Part shown: positions 61,548 through 64,000 of the stretch, piece after piece
How positions within the stretch are numbered: the first letter of the stretch is position 1
How the letters are laid out: every line of letters begins with the position of its first letter
DNA from: Vermamoeba vermiformis
Lineage: Eukaryota
Direction of reading: 5' to 3'
Length of the DNA stretch: 64,000 bases
Assembly (NCBI GenBank): GCA_045837725.1
Contig: JBEWZL010000239.1
Span: 1 to 64,000, forward strand
Made by a program: the position numbers and the translations under genes
Notes under the pieces: generated by a model
Database searches by the model: none
What the model saw: only the letters and a program-made list of their open reading frames with translations
Told to the model about the DNA's origin: nothing

Positions 61548-64000
61548 ATGAGCGAGACCAAGAAAGACAGCGTGGCACCCCTGTCGGAATGCTCGACATT
61601 TACCAACTTGCTGGCGTCAGTATTGAGCACGCCAATCAAGAAGCGTCATTTAGAAGATAATGAAGACGAGCACAGCCCAAAACGACAGAAAAAAGAGCAC
61701 TCCCCGAACCCTTCTCTATCAGCAGATATTCACAACAATGCAGACGAAGCAATTAACAAGAGTGCTTCAGCAAGTGTGATGAACGGCAGTGAGCCCGATG
61801 AAGAGCTGTTTTCATCCGCGAAGAAGCTGTTGGACACTTCAATTGGTGTTGACAGTGAGAGTGCGAGACAAGATGACAGCGACGATTTATTTAACAAAGT
61901 AAACAGAGCCGATTCTTTTGTCGTTAAAAAGACGGAAGATGAAGCACGCAGCAAAATTTTTTCAGACTTGATGGAAACTGACGAGCCCATGACGACTCAC
62001 ACCCGAGAAGAAAAGAATGATGACGACGAGCCATTATTTACCTCAGCGAGGCTTGTCAAAGAGCCTGATGAAGAGCCTATGTTCACCTCCGCGAAGAAGC
62101 TCTTGCATTCAAGTAAAAAGAGCCCCGATGTTCAATTCAGAACGGCAAAGAATGTGGCTCGAGATAATGCCGATGATGAACCTCTGTTTGCCTCTGCAAA
62201 GTCACGCATGAACGAAGAGACTGAATCGAGTGAGCCGGTATTTAGTTCTGCGAAGAAGATGGTATCGAATACAGCTCAAGACGGGGCACCTAGAAGGCGT
62301 GTCAAGATTGGAGACAAACCTCTCAAAGGCAAGAAAGTTAACATCAGCGATCTATTCGAGGATGACGATGCAACGTCAAACATAGACGAGCCGAAAGGGG
62401 CCTTGTCCACGCGTACAATCGAGGAGCCTTTCTTCCGTTCCGCGAAGAGTTTGCCGAAAGACAACGATGAACCGACCTTTTCTTCTGCCAAGCGTTTGCT
62501 CGAGGAGGAGAAGGAAGTGGGGTTTACTACAGCGAGCAAAGCCCGGGAAGAAGAACCCTTATTTACATCAGCAAAGCAGCTGATGCGAGGGGAGAGCGCC
62601 GACAAGCCTCCTGTCAAGGCCACCTCTGCGCAGAAGAGAGTTATCATCAAGGGTCCTCCGTTGAAGAAGGCGAAGATAAGCGCTATATTTGACGACGACG
62701 AGGATGCTCCCGAGACATCTACAACGGCTGAGTTTTCTTTTGGAAAGAAGGCCAACAATGACGCGGGTCAGAAGTCCAGCCCTGAGTCCGATATAACCCA
62801 CTCTGAAGAGAAGAAAAGCCGTATGAGTAGCATATTTGACAGTGACGAGGAGGACGGAGGTGACAGCAAAAAAGAGTCTGATGAAGATCTGCTGGCCAAA
62901 TACGGCGGATTTACCAACTTTGCAACCGGCAAGAGCACCACGAATATTCTCAAGGACAAGAAGAACATAGCCAAGGCGCAGAAGGTACTCGGAGACGTCG
63001 CCGAAAAGAAGGCTAAACTCAGCCGGATCTTTGATGACGAGGACGACGAGCCTGAGGAGGGCACCAAAAAGGAGTCCGACGAAGACTTGCTCGAGAAGTA
63101 TGGCGGCTTTACGAATTTTGCCACCGGCAAGAGTACCACCAATATTTTGAAGAACAAGAGCAACATAGCTAAAGCGCAGAAGGTTCTCGTTGACGACAGC
63201 GAGAAGAAGGCAAAACTGGGTCGTATTTTTGATGACGAGGATGACGAGCCTGGAGATGCCAAGAAAGAGTCCGACGAGGACCTGCTCGAAAAGTATGGAG
63301 GCTTCACTAACTTCGCTACGGGCAAGAGTACAACCAATATCCTGAAGAATAAGACAAATCTTTCGAAAGCACAAAATGTTCTTGGCGACAACAGCGAGAA
63401 TAAGGCCAGACTGAGCCGCATCTTTGCCGACGAGGACGACGAAGAGAACAAAGTTGATGACAATCCGAACAAAGAAACTGACGAAGACTTGCTCGAGAAG
63501 TACGGAGGCTTCACGAATTTCGCCACCGGCAAAAATGAGACGAACATTCTGAAGAAAAAAGACAGTCTGAACACAGCCCAAAAGATGTTAGGCACTGCTG
63601 ATGAGAAGAAGTCTCGATTGAGTAGGATATTCGACGACGAAGAAGACGAGGGCCTGCCAAAGGAGAACGACGAAGACCTGTTGGCGAAGTTTGGTGGATT
63701 TCAGAATATGGCCACTAAACAGCCGATGAAGCCGCCTGCTAATAAGGAGAGTGTGTCACGTGTCAATGCAATCTTCGATGAGAAGGGTGACGACGAAGAG
63801 GCTCTCGAGAAAGCGTTCGCAAAGAGACGCGAGCAGGCAGCCAAGCAACGTGTTCAAAAGCGACAACCAGCTGCTCCGCTTAATCCGCTCGAGAAGGGCA
63901 AGAGACCGTTCGTCAAGCCTCGAGCGACAGTTACTCCGAACAAACCTCCGGTGGCCAAGCCAGTGCCTGACGTGCCCTTGGCCTCATCTCAGGACGATCA
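61548..64000 (+). CDS. BRCA2-like / RAD51-binding repeat protein, N-terminal ~817 aa, open at window end
   Basis: Uninterrupted ORF from ATG 61548 (missing from the track because there is no stop in the window). Ten Fx[ST]A motifs, five BRC-like repeats, and KRPFVKP. A DNA-binding domain is not in the window, so orthology is unproven. Confidence 0.65.
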   Translation, partial: MSETKKDSVAPLSECSTFTNLLASVLSTPIKKRHLEDNEDEHSPKRQKKEHSPNPSLSADIHNNADEAINKSASASVMNGSEPDEELFSSAKKLLDTSIGVDSESARQDDSDDLFNKVNRADSFVVKKTEDEARSKIFSDLMETDEPMTTHTREEKNDDDEPLFTSARLVKEPDEEPMFTSAKKLLHSSKKSPDVQFRTAKNVARDNADDEPLFASAKSRMNEETESSEPVFSSAKKMVSNTAQDGAPRRRVKIGDKPLKGKKVNISDLFEDDDATSNIDEPKGALSTRTIEEPFFRSAKSLPKDNDEPTFSSAKRLLEEEKEVGFTTASKAREEEPLFTSAKQLMRGESADKPPVKATSAQKRVIIKGPPLKKAKISAIFDDDEDAPETSTTAEFSFGKKANNDAGQKSSPESDITHSEEKKSRMSSIFDSDEEDGGDSKKESDEDLLAKYGGFTNFATGKSTTNILKDKKNIAKAQKVLGDVAEKKAKLSRIFDDEDDEPEEGTKKESDEDLLEKYGGFTNFATGKSTTNILKNKSNIAKAQKVLVDDSEKKAKLGRIFDDEDDEPGDAKKESDEDLLEKYGGFTNFATGKSTTNILKNKTNLSKAQNVLGDNSENKARLSRIFADEDDEENKVDDNPNKETDEDLLEKYGGFTNFATGKNETNILKKKDSLNTAQKMLGTADEKKSRLSRIFDDEEDEGLPKENDEDLLAKFGGFQNMATKQPMKPPANKESVSRVNAIFDEKGDDEEALEKAFAKRREQAAKQRVQKRQPAAPLNPLEKGKRPFVKPRATVTPNKPPVAKPVPDVPLASSQDD
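62800..63790 (+). repeat. Five coding tandem repeats of 63-69 aa (KxxLSRIFDD...DEDLLxKYGGFTNFATGK...KAQxVL)
   Basis: (Y/F)GGF anchors at 62901, 63099, 63294, 63501, 63690; synonymous divergence between copies. Confidence 0.95.

Noticed and set aside
55784-63595. Long antisense ORFs (55784-56245, 58451-59299, 62276-63595; also 10045-11099)
   Set aside because: Ser/Phe/Leu-rich shadows of charged or codon-biased coding sequence on the opposite strand.
1-64000. tRNA, rRNA or telomeric repeats
   Set aside because: None recognised by eye; tRNAscan-SE/Infernal were not run, so small RNAs could be missed.

Overview
Gene-dense eukaryotic DNA with many short spliceosomal introns (GTAAG/GTACG donors, CTAAC-type branch points). 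It is most consistent with a free-living amoebozoan-type protist; this is an inference from gene content and intron style. About 23 intron-containing genes can be read by hand, including PhyH dioxygenase, a class C GPCR with a beta-helix ectodomain, SLX4, GatC, a sarcosine/pipecolate oxidase, three F-box/LRR genes, TBL2, AIF, OGFr-like, PAN3, GPN2, RasGEF, a sterol glucosyltransferase, TBCK, RMI2, a penicillin/AHL acylase, WDR55, calnexin, RPS15A and a BRCA2-like protein running off the right edge. Gene coordinates are first-codon to stop spans from manual splicing and include introns. Three things stand out. (1) The first ~2.55 kb is a non-genic, probably mobile-element end. It holds 14 copies of an 18-bp hairpin in 43-bp units, six dyad sites with a fixed 11-bp spacer and CpG-decay mutations, and its TA-flanked end appears to cut off the PhyH gene. 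(2) Two diverged, inverted F-box/LRR paralogs share exact 47-74 bp identity islands. (3) The BRCA2-like ORF has ten stand-alone FxxA motifs plus five atypical BRC-like repeats. No database searches were run.
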